Part shown: one piece after another, positions 7,617-17,792 of the stretch
Numbering within the stretch: position 1 is the first letter of the stretch
Layout: each line of letters begins with the position of its first letter
From: a virus
Taxonomy: Duplodnaviria; Caudoviricetes
Length of the DNA stretch: 37,335 nucleotides
Reading direction: 5' to 3' (one strand)
IMG/VR virus record: IMGVR_UViG_3300040816_000093
Coordinates: 1-37,335 of that record
Program-made: the position numbers and the translations under genes
Notes under the pieces: generated by a model
What the model was told of the DNA's origin: nothing
Seen by the model: the letters and a program-made list of their open reading frames with translations, nothing else
The model's database searches: none

Positions 7617-8813
7617 TTAGCCAAGTAAACCATAGGGTTGCGTAAACCGCGATGGAATTGTGTAGAACTGAGACACAAAAGGTTGGTACTCAAATTCTCT
7701 TGGCGTGAACTCGGGGAACGCGCTTTGCTCGCGTTCTTCTTCAGGCGTTTGCTCTGGGACGATCAGCGGTTGGTCCGAACGTTCGTCACCACCACTACCC
7801 ATTTGCGCTTGGCGTGATTCAAGCTCAGAATATGGAATCATTTGTTCGCCGATCATGTCGCTAAGCAACCCGCCTTGTGCTGTTGAATACTGAAGGCTCT
7901 CCCCACCGGCAAGCGGAGTATACGTTTTAGTGTCTAATCGGCCAGTGAAAGGCGTGACACCCAAAGCGCCTGCTACTGCGTTACTGAAAAAGTCACCAAG
8001 CATATTGTCGCTTGTCTTTTCAAGCGTCGTCTGTCCGTCGAAACGTTGAAACGTTCCAGTGCGAGGATCGAAAACTCCTGCACGTTGATTCGCGTAAGAT
8101 CGTCCGCCGATCGCATTAAATGCTCGCTCAAGGATGTTGCGATCATCCGGTGTTCCGGCAGGCGTTGGTGCGCGGCCCATGTCGAACTGCGAAATCCTCT
8201 CCCCGCCTAACGGTGAATAGGATGCGGCAGGCGCACCGCCTTGAAACGAAATCTGCGAAGGCGCATAAGGTGAAGCCGTTAGCCCCCCATAACCGAACAT
8301 CTGCTGAGGCGAGCGTTGGAAAGAATCGTATGGCATGACAGCCACTTTCGATCCAACAGCAAGCGGTTGGTTGACAAGGTTTGGGGCGAACGACGGTTGA
8401 ATCTGGGCAGTTGTTGAACCAAGTGGCGCTTGCTGAGCCGCTTGAGCCGGTCCAACAATTTGAGACTGAATCGCATTTGTTACCGGAGAAGACCCGCCTC
8501 GACCCGCCTCGACTGCCGCGACTGCTGAAGGAGCAACTGCAACTGTCTGACCATTAATGTTTACGCGGTCCATGCCTGCTGTTTGAGCGGCGCTTGTGTT
8601 GAAGTTTTGCGTATTAATTTGCCCGGTGTTTGGACTGACAACAGCCACGCGATCTACTCGGTCATTGTCGTCATCCCTACCCCTGTCTTCGTCGTTGCTT
8701 ATCTCGTCAGCGCCGAAAGTTCCTGCATCATCGTCGTCGTAGTCGTCACTACTTGCGCCCCAAAAGCACCACCGGAACTGATCTTCGTCGAAACCGTTAA
8801 GCGTTAGCCTCAT
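7617..8813 (-). CDS. Putative internal virion/ejection protein
   Basis: Low-complexity G/Q/P-rich; last structural-operon gene; ends YGLLG. Confidence 0.55.
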   Translation of the reverse strand: MRLTLNGFDEDQFRWCFWGASSDDYDDDDAGTFGADEISNDEDRGRDDDNDRVDRVAVVSPNTGQINTQNFNTSAAQTAGMDRVNINGQTVAVAPSAVAAVEAGRGGSSPVTNAIQSQIVGPAQAAQQAPLGSTTAQIQPSFAPNLVNQPLAVGSKVAVMPYDSFQRSPQQMFGYGGLTASPYAPSQISFQGGAPAASYSPLGGERISQFDMGRAPTPAGTPDDRNILERAFNAIGGRSYANQRAGVFDPRTGTFQRFDGQTTLEKTSDNMLGDFFSNAVAGALGVTPFTGRLDTKTYTPLAGGESLQYSTAQGGLLSDMIGEQMIPYSELESRQAQMGSGGDERSDQPLIVPEQTPEEEREQSAFPEFTPREFEYQPFVSQFYTIPSRFTQPYGLLG

Positions 8814-8814
8814 T

Positions 8815-10863
8815 TTATTCCCCTAAATCTAGCAGTGACGGAATCATACCTGCCGCCCCAGAAGCACCCATCCCTGCGGTCGACACAGTGCGACGACCCT
8901 GCTCCGCTCTACGGCTAGCCGCAAGAATAGCATCCAAAGCCGCTTGCTGTTTGCGCGGATCAGTTTCAAGTAGGTAGTCGCTTAATACTTCTCCAGTGCG
9001 CCCGCGCTTTCCTGTTGCTGTGTTGATTACGCCTTGGAATAAACGCGTGAGCCGTGGAACGTTTGCGACCTGCGTTGGGTTCATCAGGACATCTACAACG
9101 TCATCGAATCCAAGCCCTGCTCGCTGAATGTCTTGTTGGAAGGCGGCAGTTTGCGAACCGCCTGCAATCAATCGACCAGACTTCACCATCTCTGCTTCGC
9201 GATTCATTGCGTCCATAAATGCTTTGAACGCAGGCGAGTCCTCACCACCCATGACGGCGGCTAACTTCTTACGCTTAGCCGGAGAACCCGCAACCTTTTT
9301 CACAACGTCTGCACCGTCTGCCGCGTTCTCGATTACGCGACGGATATCTTCAACAGCCCCAGTTAAAAACGCTTGACGCGCTGAGTCGCTTGTTAGGTCG
9401 GTCAATGTCTCGCTGATCTCTTCAGCGGATGACGTGGCAAACTTCTTCCCTGCGTCATACGCTTCTTCGATTTCGGCTTCACCGGCAAACACACGACGCG
9501 CTTCTCTGTAAGCAGGAACTTTCGCATCAGCGGCGTCACGAATTTCACCTGCAACACCAAACAACCGCTCGCCTAAGTCTGCGTCTGTCTTCTTAGCGCC
9601 TTGTCCTTTTGAACCGATGACGCGTTTCGCTTGATCCAAGAAGTCAAACGGTACTGTGGTGTCTGCACCTGAACGCAAATTCTCCATGAACTCATCATAA
9701 GTCTTCGGCGCGTTCCCGAAAGTTCCTGCCGGTACCGTGCGCCCCTCGCGATCACGCAAGGCGTTCATGATGTCGTCGAAAGAGTTCTTGAACGATGGGC
9801 GTTCAAAAATTGGGATCATATCCGAAACATCGATTTCGGGGTAATCCTTGCGTATCTGCTGATACAGCGGGGTCGCCGCTGACTCTTGCCGCTGAATTAC
9901 TTTTTTGATGTTCGTTGTATCGTCAGGCGTTAATCCAAGACCTGCCTGAACGTCTGTTTTAATCCGCTCACCTTGTTGGAACATACGCTGTTCAATGAAC
10001 GGATCGGTCTTTGCTTGAACTTCGGATGACCCGCCACGCAAACCACGAAGCTCGCGTTGCGCTTCAATACCTGCAATATCCGCGAGTGTTTCAGGTCGTG
10101 CATCTGTTTCGGTAGCACGTTGAGCAATGCGCTCGGAAACACCTTCACGCGCCTCTTCGGGGATCACTCTTCCTAATTGAGAAACCGCTTGGTCCTGCGC
10201 TGATCCGCCTCGGCTCAACAACTTTGCCCCACCCGCAACAGCGGCAGGCGCTAATGCACCTAACCCTGCGCCTAAAGCACCTTCAGTCAATGCGCGTTGT
10301 GCGCTATCAGCCGCACCTTCACCGCGACCCGCGCCACCAATAGCGCCTTCTGTCGTACCAATGCCCATGCCGTAGCCCATTGTGCGAGCTAGTGAAGGAG
10401 CGCGACCGGCCATTGACGCCATACGCGCTCCGCCGACAACAGGTAATGCCATATAAGGAAGAGATCCCATGACTTCAGCCGCAAGAGCCGTTTCAGGTTC
10501 AGCCGCCTCAAACGCTTTTTGCCCTGCCCTGATCTGACCAACGCGCTGTTCGTAGTCCCCTTCTAAACCCGTGAGCGCAGAAGGAAGCGCCGCTTCGATC
10601 TCGTCAGCAAAACCAAACGACAAACCTTGAAGCAATGCACGGCCTGCGCCGTAATCCACAATACCGCCTGCTTTGTCATAACGCTGATACGCGTCAATAA
10701 ATGCATCAGATGGAATACCTGAGTCCATGATAAATGAATTAATCTTATCGTCTGATGCGCCTTCTTCGATCAGCCGATCAATTTCTTTGAAGGTCTTTTC
10801 AAACGACTTAACAGTGTCCGCAGTCTCTTCTCTAATCCGTTGGATTCTTGCTCGATTTGACAT
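8815..10863 (-). CDS. Putative internal virion / DNA-transfer protein
   Basis: QGLSFGFADEIEA motif, Gly/Ala-rich hydrophobic helices, long helical body; podovirus ejection-protein position. Confidence 0.7.
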   Translation of the reverse strand: MSNRARIQRIREETADTVKSFEKTFKEIDRLIEEGASDDKINSFIMDSGIPSDAFIDAYQRYDKAGGIVDYGAGRALLQGLSFGFADEIEAALPSALTGLEGDYEQRVGQIRAGQKAFEAAEPETALAAEVMGSLPYMALPVVGGARMASMAGRAPSLARTMGYGMGIGTTEGAIGGAGRGEGAADSAQRALTEGALGAGLGALAPAAVAGGAKLLSRGGSAQDQAVSQLGRVIPEEAREGVSERIAQRATETDARPETLADIAGIEAQRELRGLRGGSSEVQAKTDPFIEQRMFQQGERIKTDVQAGLGLTPDDTTNIKKVIQRQESAATPLYQQIRKDYPEIDVSDMIPIFERPSFKNSFDDIMNALRDREGRTVPAGTFGNAPKTYDEFMENLRSGADTTVPFDFLDQAKRVIGSKGQGAKKTDADLGERLFGVAGEIRDAADAKVPAYREARRVFAGEAEIEEAYDAGKKFATSSAEEISETLTDLTSDSARQAFLTGAVEDIRRVIENAADGADVVKKVAGSPAKRKKLAAVMGGEDSPAFKAFMDAMNREAEMVKSGRLIAGGSQTAAFQQDIQRAGLGFDDVVDVLMNPTQVANVPRLTRLFQGVINTATGKRGRTGEVLSDYLLETDPRKQQAALDAILAASRRAEQGRRTVSTAGMGASGAAGMIPSLLDLGE

Positions 10864-12209
10864 TACTGATTGACCCCACCGCGTGTCTTGATGCTTTTAA
10901 GCACTGCCGCCGGGTTGCCTACCTGCCCATCGTCTACCGGCTCCAAGTTAAGGGTTTGTCTAAGGTTGCGTAAAGTTGCATCCACGTCCGGAGCGCCTAA
11001 AGTCTTGTAAGGTATAACAATGTCAGCCTTTAGACCTTCTTCTTCTATACCTGAGAGTCTGTTTTCGACAGCCGCCTTGTAATCTTTTTCGACCGCTTCT
11101 GCGACAGTCAACGCGCTTTCTATAATGTCCGGATAAGCCTGATCAGGAAGCAGTCTTCCGTTAGCTAGCTTCTCTTGGATATTCATTAACTTGCGATAAG
11201 CGCCTTGCGCTGACTCAACCATATCAGCCTCGCCTTCACGAACAGTTGATCGCGGATCAAGAGACTTCATTAACCCGAAGATCATGCTTATGTCAGTAAT
11301 CGCATTGGGGTTCTTGGCAAGCTCAACAAGTTGTCTAGCTTTTGCAACTTGCTCAACGCGTGGCCGGTACTCTGTTTTATCCCATTGATCCCTTCGATCA
11401 TATGAAACTGTTGTTCTCTTCTCGCGAGACAAGAATTTCGTGCCAAGTCGCTGATTGATTGATTCAGCTTGCTTGCGGTAACTTTCAGCTTCCTCAAACC
11501 GACTCATCGATGAAGCCATTTGAGCCGCTTCGTCTAGCCTCATTGCTTGGATCGCGTCTTGCTTCTCGGCGTCACTTAATTGCCCGATCTCATACGCATC
11601 ATATCGTTGGCTAAGTAAATCATTAATTGGAGGTCTTTCATTAGACTCAACGCGACCCATTCCTCCAGAAAGCATCCCTTGTAGACGCTCCCTGTCTGAC
11701 ATTTCTTTCAGTTTAGCCGCTCTGTCTAGCTCAAACTTTTCTAACTGCATCCGTGTAGATAGATCTTGTAGTCCACGTTGTTGCGCCTGACCCATGACCT
11801 GCTGACCATACTGGGTTGCTCCCGCAAATCGATCTTCGCCTCGACGCACTGGACGCCCGATCGCTTGCATTGTCGCAAACAACCCTTGAAGAGCCGCTTC
11901 GCCTTGCACATCACCGAGTAACCCACTTGCCGTTTCACCGCCGCCAAGCAATCCGCCAACCCGTTGTGATACTTTCGACGCTGTGCGCTGTTGATTACGC
12001 GCTCCCTCTAGCCCTTGCTGACCGAGTTGCGATAAACCGGCAACGGGAGATACAGGTTGAGTCGTTTGGCGAGGAACTCCAACCGGGGGAACGCCGCTTG
12101 CAAACTGGTTCGCAAGATATTGCTCGTTCGTCATGGTGTTGGGGATTAACGGATTTTCAGAGATCATCCGCGTCTGCGAAAATGGAGCAACTCGTATTGG
12201 TCTAATCAT
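10863..12209 (-). CDS. Putative ejection protein (start re-called to 12209)
   Basis: Helical, with MKSLDPRSTVREGE motif; ATG one base after the upstream stop. Confidence 0.65.
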   Translation of the reverse strand: MIRPIRVAPFSQTRMISENPLIPNTMTNEQYLANQFASGVPPVGVPRQTTQPVSPVAGLSQLGQQGLEGARNQQRTASKVSQRVGGLLGGGETASGLLGDVQGEAALQGLFATMQAIGRPVRRGEDRFAGATQYGQQVMGQAQQRGLQDLSTRMQLEKFELDRAAKLKEMSDRERLQGMLSGGMGRVESNERPPINDLLSQRYDAYEIGQLSDAEKQDAIQAMRLDEAAQMASSMSRFEEAESYRKQAESINQRLGTKFLSREKRTTVSYDRRDQWDKTEYRPRVEQVAKARQLVELAKNPNAITDISMIFGLMKSLDPRSTVREGEADMVESAQGAYRKLMNIQEKLANGRLLPDQAYPDIIESALTVAEAVEKDYKAAVENRLSGIEEEGLKADIVIPYKTLGAPDVDATLRNLRQTLNLEPVDDGQVGNPAAVLKSIKTRGGVNQ

Positions 12210-12210
12210 C

Positions 12211-13164
12211 TCAGCCCCCGAAGTTGAATACGTCGCCCAAAGCGCCTGCGCCTTTGCCGAACATATAAGCTGTTGAACCAATGGACCCTAGTGTCCCGAG
12301 CAATGACTGGAACTGCGAAGGCTCTTGATACGTCGGTGCGGCTCCCGCGACTTGCGCTCCATATCCAAGTGGGGATAGTCGAGCTTGCAATTGCTGATAA
12401 GGGAACGCCTGAGAACGCAGATATTCTTGATAATCGGATTCCATCTGAGACTGCTGTAACCCACGCTCTTCCGCTCCTAATGTACGAAGTACATCAGCGT
12501 CAGCGTATCCAACCTGTCGTAACTGGTTCGCCGCTTGGCTTAATCCTGACGCGCCTTGCGCTTGTATGCCCGCCGCCGCTTGGCGCATTTGCTCTTGGAC
12601 TTTTTGCTCCTCGTTCAGGCGGTCAACATCCGATGATGCGTAACCCATCGCTCTGTCAAACGCTTGCTGATAGCCTGTTCCAATAACATCGCCCATTTGC
12701 TGACCGAAGCGACCAAGTGTTTGAGCCTCTAATACGCCTTGACGTGACCCGCCAAACGCACCGGCTCTGGCCGCTCCCGCACCTAGCCCTTGCAACGTTT
12801 GCTCTTGTTGCTCCCGAATCGCCCGGAGAGTTGGGTCCAAAGCGCCTTGTAAGTAAGGCGACATATACTGGCTGTAATCTGCGCCGGACAGCAAGTTGGC
12901 GTCATAAGTGCCTGCTTGGTAAGAACCAAGGCCCGACATAATGTCAGCCGCTTCTTGTACCTGCGGCATCCCTAAGCCAAGTTGAGCTAGTTCAGCCGCT
13001 CTTGCGCGGCCCGCTTCTTCTGTCGGAGAAAACCCTGCAATCCGTTCTCCGGTGTACGGCGAATAACCTAGATTCGCAACGTCCTCTGCTTGCTGAAGTG
13101 CGGTTGTTGAGTAATTCTGAAGAACGTCTTCATAATCCCCATCAAAATTTGTTGTGAAAGCCAT
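12211..13164 (-). CDS. Putative DNA-transfer/pilot (ejection) protein
   Basis: PYTGERIAGFSP, YMSPY and AGAFGGSRQGV motifs; Q/A/G-rich; follows the gp10-like gene. Confidence 0.7.
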   Translation of the reverse strand: MAFTTNFDGDYEDVLQNYSTTALQQAEDVANLGYSPYTGERIAGFSPTEEAGRARAAELAQLGLGMPQVQEAADIMSGLGSYQAGTYDANLLSGADYSQYMSPYLQGALDPTLRAIREQQEQTLQGLGAGAARAGAFGGSRQGVLEAQTLGRFGQQMGDVIGTGYQQAFDRAMGYASSDVDRLNEEQKVQEQMRQAAAGIQAQGASGLSQAANQLRQVGYADADVLRTLGAEERGLQQSQMESDYQEYLRSQAFPYQQLQARLSPLGYGAQVAGAAPTYQEPSQFQSLLGTLGSIGSTAYMFGKGAGALGDVFNFGG

Positions 13165-13166
13165 AC

Positions 13167-14666
13167 CTATCTCCGGCTACCTTGTTTAAGGTTCATTCGT
13201 ATTGTACCAAATTTAAACTGCTCATCCCGCGTAGCTTCTAGTTTAACGCGTAACTGTCTAGCTGTCAGACGAACGTCGATGTATCCGTCTGTTTCGCCTA
13301 GTAGAAACTCTGAGTCAGAGTAGCTTTCCTCTGGCGTATTCTTTGTCCCGATGACTGCTTTTAACGATGGGAGGTTTTCGTAGTCGTCGGTAATGATTCG
13401 GTCAACGACTGCAAATCTATCCCCCTGCCCAAGCTCAATCGGACCACTGACAGCGTACACATCACCAACTCGCGTTGCTCCGTTATCCAAAGACCCAATC
13501 TCGTGGAAATAAGATACGCCATCTGGGTCGACAGCGATCGGGTTCCTAAACACACCTTGGTCTACCCAACAGGTTCTTGCTAGGGAGCCTACCGCCCAGT
13601 GTCCATACCTATAATTGTAAATGATGTACTTGTCATTTTCGGTAGACGATGCTGATGGGTAGAAGAACCACATTTCGCCGAACTCTGAGTTATGCCCGCC
13701 AAACGTTTTGTTACCCTGTCCTGCGTTAATCTGGTCTGTTACATCAATTAAGGCGTCGCACTGTAATGGCCTGATTGCCCCGTCATAAATCCAAAACCCG
13801 GATTCGCTTAGCCAGACAGCCGTGTTCCCCGCAACGACCATGCCATTCGGACCAATGATCCCGCAGTTCGTGCCAATGCGCTCAATGCCGTAAACATACG
13901 GAGGGCCAAGGTATCGCATCAAGTGGACATCAACGTCTGTCCAGATCAAGATATCAGCGCCAACCTTTCTGGCGCATTTAATGTTGCCTGACGTTTCTAG
14001 CAACAAGTCTCCTGCTAGGTTAGACGCCGCAGGAGTCCATGTGGTGTTATCTTCTTGGTCCGAGAAAGCAACCTTGCGCGGGTCGCCATCAGCGCCTAAC
14101 GCCACTAAGTGCCGTTCGTTAGAAACAAGAAGACCCTGGCAATCAATAGGCGCATTGGCGATCACAGCGGCAACAACGTTTTCATCGCCTGTCCACTCAA
14201 TAAGCCGACCATCAGCCGTCGAACAAGCAACCAGATATTCGCCCCAGTTATCAAGCGACCAAGTTGTTGCGTTTAGTGTTAGCTCGCCACTTATGCGCTC
14301 TACGCCATAAGGCTCTTGGCCGAAGTTGCCCGACCCGTAGCCAACGCCTAAGAAAGAGTCTTCCCGCCCCTCGACTAGGTCTGCCGGTTGGATTTCGTAA
14401 AACTTTCCACCCGTTGAAATATACAGTTTTGTAGAAGTACCAACAGCTAGCCTTGGATTCTGCGAGTTGTTTCTCCATGAATGAATCCCTCTCGCCGTTC
14501 CGCTGATTGCGGGAGACGTTGCATCGAAGTTAGTCCAACCGCCGACAGGCTCAAGACGCCCTTCGCGCCAACGAACTAAATTCGTGTCAAACCAACGACC
14601 CTTGGATTCGTATTCTGTCCCGTTTCGATAAACTCCGGGAGGTATGTCGAGCGGTACTAATGGCAT
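13167..14666 (-). CDS. Tail hub/nozzle, P22 gp10-like DNA stabilisation protein
   Basis: 499-aa beta-rich protein (FSDQED..W.P, CGIIGP, E.WFFYP, YNY...W..G); gene position. Confidence 0.75.
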   Translation of the reverse strand: MPLVPLDIPPGVYRNGTEYESKGRWFDTNLVRWREGRLEPVGGWTNFDATSPAISGTARGIHSWRNNSQNPRLAVGTSTKLYISTGGKFYEIQPADLVEGREDSFLGVGYGSGNFGQEPYGVERISGELTLNATTWSLDNWGEYLVACSTADGRLIEWTGDENVVAAVIANAPIDCQGLLVSNERHLVALGADGDPRKVAFSDQEDNTTWTPAASNLAGDLLLETSGNIKCARKVGADILIWTDVDVHLMRYLGPPYVYGIERIGTNCGIIGPNGMVVAGNTAVWLSESGFWIYDGAIRPLQCDALIDVTDQINAGQGNKTFGGHNSEFGEMWFFYPSASSTENDKYIIYNYRYGHWAVGSLARTCWVDQGVFRNPIAVDPDGVSYFHEIGSLDNGATRVGDVYAVSGPIELGQGDRFAVVDRIITDDYENLPSLKAVIGTKNTPEESYSDSEFLLGETDGYIDVRLTARQLRVKLEATRDEQFKFGTIRMNLKQGSRR

Positions 14667-15175
14667 TAGTCATCCTCAATGCTAAAGCTGTTGTGCTTTA
14701 TTGCGTTTTCTTCTGCGGTAATCACTTGCGTATTCGCATCGTTGTGTAAGCCGCAAACAAGTTTATGCGCTAAAGGCACAATGTGGTCTACCACATATTC
14801 TACGCCAGTTTCTAGTGTGAGTCTCTGCGCTTCTAAATACTTGAGTTTCATCCGCCGCTCGCCTTCTTCGGTGAACACCGACGCAAACAGTAAACGCTTC
14901 CGTCTAATTCGATTGTTATTCCTGTATAAGTGCTTGTGCTTTTTGTAATGCTCGCTTGCGGCTTCCCGCTTCTTTCGTTTGTACTCAAGGTTACCGTATC
15001 CCTTCCAGTAACCTTTGGTCGTTCGTTCTCGGTTTCGCTCGTTAATGCAGTCGCGACAGTTCTTGTTACTGGTGAAGCGGGGCGCGATGTGTCCACGGCT
15101 ACATGGAACATTGGTGAAGTAGTAATCACTGCCACTCGCAACCGCCTCTTTGCGAGTCTTCGGTATCCCTTCCAT
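14666..15175 (-). CDS. HNH endonuclease (homing-type)
   Basis: VDHIVPL...VCGLH...N..VITAEENAIK; N-terminal C..GH...C..C zinc motif. Confidence 0.88.
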   Translation of the reverse strand: MEGIPKTRKEAVASGSDYYFTNVPCSRGHIAPRFTSNKNCRDCINERNRERTTKGYWKGYGNLEYKRKKREAASEHYKKHKHLYRNNNRIRRKRLLFASVFTEEGERRMKLKYLEAQRLTLETGVEYVVDHIVPLAHKLVCGLHNDANTQVITAEENAIKHNSFSIEDD

Positions 15176-15192
15176 CGACTCGCGCTTTCACA

Positions 15193-15645
15193 TCAGTCCA
15201 TTAACTCAAAATGCGGCGCATCGATAAACGGTCGCTTGCCCTGCGAGCGGCGCAGATCGACGTAATCGTTCATCGCTTCTTCCATCGTGCCGCCATACTC
15301 ACATATGTCAGGTATATGCCAAGCCGCACCCCAACGCACTTTGACGCCTTCCGCTTGAGCCGCCATCTTTACTGCATCAGCGATGTCGTCGTAAGTCGTC
15401 ACTTCCCATGACACGGAGCCGCCGATGTACCCAACAAGGTCAACCGCCTTTCCTTCCAAGTGCTTCGACTTCATCGTTTTGCTCGCGCCCTTGGAAACTA
15501 ACTCTTTCTGCCGCTCTTCGGTTCGTAATCCTTCTGAGACGCCGAAATCGACGTTGCTTAGTTTGATTGCCGCGCATACTACTTTAACCAACCTCTCGTC
15601 GACACCATCCAATCTACTTAAAGAACGTTGTGATAATTCGTACAT
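15193..15645 (-). CDS. Endolysin, peptidase M15 (L-Ala-D-Glu type)
   Basis: EGLRT..RQ, SKHLEGKAVD, RWG..W, DAPHFEL. Confidence 0.92.
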   Translation of the reverse strand: MYELSQRSLSRLDGVDERLVKVVCAAIKLSNVDFGVSEGLRTEERQKELVSKGASKTMKSKHLEGKAVDLVGYIGGSVSWEVTTYDDIADAVKMAAQAEGVKVRWGAAWHIPDICEYGGTMEEAMNDYVDLRRSQGKRPFIDAPHFELMD

Positions 15646-16040
15646 TATTTAGTTAATCCTTTCTGTTTCTCGTAAGTTCTTAATCCGCCTAACCCAAGCA
15701 TCCCTAATAAGACAGTCATCAGCGAGTCCATATCGAACGCAGGGAGGTCAGGTATTTCGACACCAGATATACCAACTCCAAAAAGAATAAGTGGAGCAAG
15801 CACGAAGTGGTATGCAAGCGCGACCGCACACGTCCAACCGACCATCGGCCTCCATCCGGCAACAAAGATCGACTTGTGCTGTGCTTCTGCTTTGTTGACT
15901 TCAACTTGAGCCATAGCCGCTTCGTGAGCTTGCTTTTCAGCCATCGTCGCAATCTCATGTGCGAGCCTGTTTTTCTCGTCCGCATCAGGGATCACCTTGT
16001 CTAATAAGCTACTTACTGGGCCGATTAGTGCCTGTAACAT
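15645..16040 (-). CDS. 3-TM holin (GTA-type; start re-called to 16040)
   Basis: FVAGWRPMVGW, LLGMLGLGGLRTYEK; AGGAGA RBS; adjacent to endolysin. Confidence 0.88.
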   Translation of the reverse strand: MLQALIGPVSSLLDKVIPDADEKNRLAHEIATMAEKQAHEAAMAQVEVNKAEAQHKSIFVAGWRPMVGWTCAVALAYHFVLAPLILFGVGISGVEIPDLPAFDMDSLMTVLLGMLGLGGLRTYEKQKGLTK

Positions 16041-16164
16041 ATTTTCTCCTTTCCACAACTTTCCGCCCGCACTTGTCGCAACGACTCGTTGGACGGAATA
16101 TCAATTCAGACCCGCACTCCGCAATGTATACACCTCGTGTATACACATAAGCGCAGGTTTTCAT
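16009..16164 (-). CDS. 51-aa Cys-rich protein, possible zinc ribbon (not in ORF track)
   Basis: MKTCAYVYTRGVYIAECGSELIFRPTSRCDKCGRKVV...; TAATG overlap with the upstream stop. Confidence 0.55.
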   Translation of the reverse strand: MKTCAYVYTRGVYIAECGSELIFRPTSRCDKCGRKVVERRKYVTGTNRPSK

Positions 16165-16478
16165 TAGTCGCTCTTCTTCGCTTGGTACGCGTTTGCTCCG
16201 AAGAACGAAGCAAGTATTAAAGACGTGGCGGGAAAGTAAATTGTCGCCATCGACCCGAGGATCTCAGTTGCTTTACTGAGGCCAAGCATTTCCGCAACGA
16301 TCACGAAGAACGGGTAGCCAAGCATCCCAAATAGCACGAACCAAATCATGCGTCTGGACTGGTCGCGTTGTGAGTCATCGTCCAACATTCTGCGTCGGCG
16401 GTCCTCGATGAGGATTTCGCGCTCCTCTGCATCAAGAACTCCATCACCGTTTAAGTCGTATTTCTCGATTGTCGTCAT
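16164..16478 (-). CDS. 2-TM membrane protein with N-terminal EF-hand loop; holin-like
   Basis: DLNGDGVLDAEE followed by two hydrophobic segments. Confidence 0.7.
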   Translation of the reverse strand: MTTIEKYDLNGDGVLDAEEREILIEDRRRRMLDDDSQRDQSRRMIWFVLFGMLGYPFFVIVAEMLGLSKATEILGSMATIYFPATSLILASFFGANAYQAKKSD

Positions 16479-16657
16479 TGCATTTGCACCTTATCCGTTT
16501 GTATGCACACCGCCTCATAGTTAATCTTTGGCTGTGGGGCGGTCGCCATGAAGACGCTACGCGCTTCAAAGCATTTATCCATTGATGAGTAAAAACTGTT
16601 TGGCTGAACGTAGTAGCGATCGGAGTCGAGCATGATGATGAATAGTATCCAGATCAT
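16475..16657 (-). CDS. Small secreted or anchored protein with two Cys
   Basis: Hydrophobic N-terminus; ATGA overlap; in the lysis cluster. Confidence 0.6.
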   Translation of the reverse strand: MIWILFIIMLDSDRYYVQPNSFYSSMDKCFEARSVFMATAPQPKINYEAVCIQTDKVQMQ

Positions 16658-16660
16658 TGC

Positions 16661-17119
16661 TTAGCTACCTCGGTGACTAATAAGAAACAGTAGTAGGGCC
16701 ACGGCCCCGCCCACAATACCGAGAGTAAAAACGCCAACAGCACCATAAGTAAGTGCAGTCTTGATGGCTTTTCTGCGAGCCAGTTTCTTGCGCTCTGCCG
16801 TTTTCTTTTCTTCATCTCTGGCTTTCTTCTGCTTGGCTTGGAAAGCAAGCCAGTCTTGCCACATCCCTCCGCGCCCTTGGTAGATCATCATTTCTTTCAG
16901 TTCTGCTTCTCTGGCTTTTAGCTCTTCGTTAGCCATGAAGAGGTCTAAATCAGATGAACCTTTCTCTTGAGTTCTTTTTTGGATCTCAGACTTTGCGTTG
17001 AAGTATTCCGATAACTGAGAACCGCACGACATCAAATCCTGCCCGTTCCCTACCATTTCTTTAATCGTTGAGATTGCAGAGTTAGCCGCAGAAATTACTG
17101 CGATTGTTTCCATAATCAT
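16661..17119 (-). CDS. Coiled-coil protein with C-terminal TM
   Basis: Charged helical middle and hydrophobic C-terminus. Confidence 0.7.
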   Translation of the reverse strand: MIMETIAVISAANSAISTIKEMVGNGQDLMSCGSQLSEYFNAKSEIQKRTQEKGSSDLDLFMANEELKAREAELKEMMIYQGRGGMWQDWLAFQAKQKKARDEEKKTAERKKLARRKAIKTALTYGAVGVFTLGIVGGAVALLLFLISHRGS

Positions 17120-17791
17120 CTAGGCAACTCCAAATATAGAGATGGTCGCAGACGGAGATGCAGGCGCAAACGCTGTTGCGGCTGTCCCGTGAATGTCGAG
17201 ATCGACATCATCGACTGCGAACACTGCTTCTAGGTAATCCCCCGCTGATACAGTGAACATACCGGCACGGCTAACAACGATTCTGTCGTCGTTTGATGTC
17301 AGCGTCGTGACGATTGTGGAGTTGGGAACGTCTGTTCCATTGATGCGCGGCCATATCCAAATCTTCTTTGCGCTTGAGTTCTCAGAATGAAGCTCAGCCG
17401 AGAAGTCGATTGCGTATGTGCCTGCGTTTGTGAAGTTAATCCTGCTAGTGGTTGTGCCGTCGATCGCGACACCGTTTGAGTACCCAGTGCCTTCCCATGT
17501 GATCGCTGTGGCCGTGTTGACCGTCCCTGCGTCATGTTCAACGTTTGTGTAGAAAGCGCCGTATGACCCGACAGCGTTTGACCCGAACCCTAGCGGTCTA
17601 AATACGCCATTAACAGAAACAACGCATTGGTCAATTTGAGGGTCGTAAATAAAGATTCCATCAGTATCCGCAGACTCGTCTCCAGACTTGTGCTGAAGTT
17701 GCGAGCGAATCCTGTTTAAGTAGATGTTGAGGCGAGTACCCCAGTCCGACCACAACTTACCAGTCGGAGGAGGAGGCAGAGATTGCGACAT
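17120..17791 (-). CDS. Tail-associated protein with C1q/BclA-like C-terminal domain
   Basis: YGAFY, INFTNAGTYAIDFSAEL, W.RINGTDVPNS, V..GDYLE. Confidence 0.65.
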   Translation of the reverse strand: MSQSLPPPPTGKLWSDWGTRLNIYLNRIRSQLQHKSGDESADTDGIFIYDPQIDQCVVSVNGVFRPLGFGSNAVGSYGAFYTNVEHDAGTVNTATAITWEGTGYSNGVAIDGTTTSRINFTNAGTYAIDFSAELHSENSSAKKIWIWPRINGTDVPNSTIVTTLTSNDDRIVVSRAGMFTVSAGDYLEAVFAVDDVDLDIHGTAATAFAPASPSATISIFGVA

Positions 17792-17792
17792 A

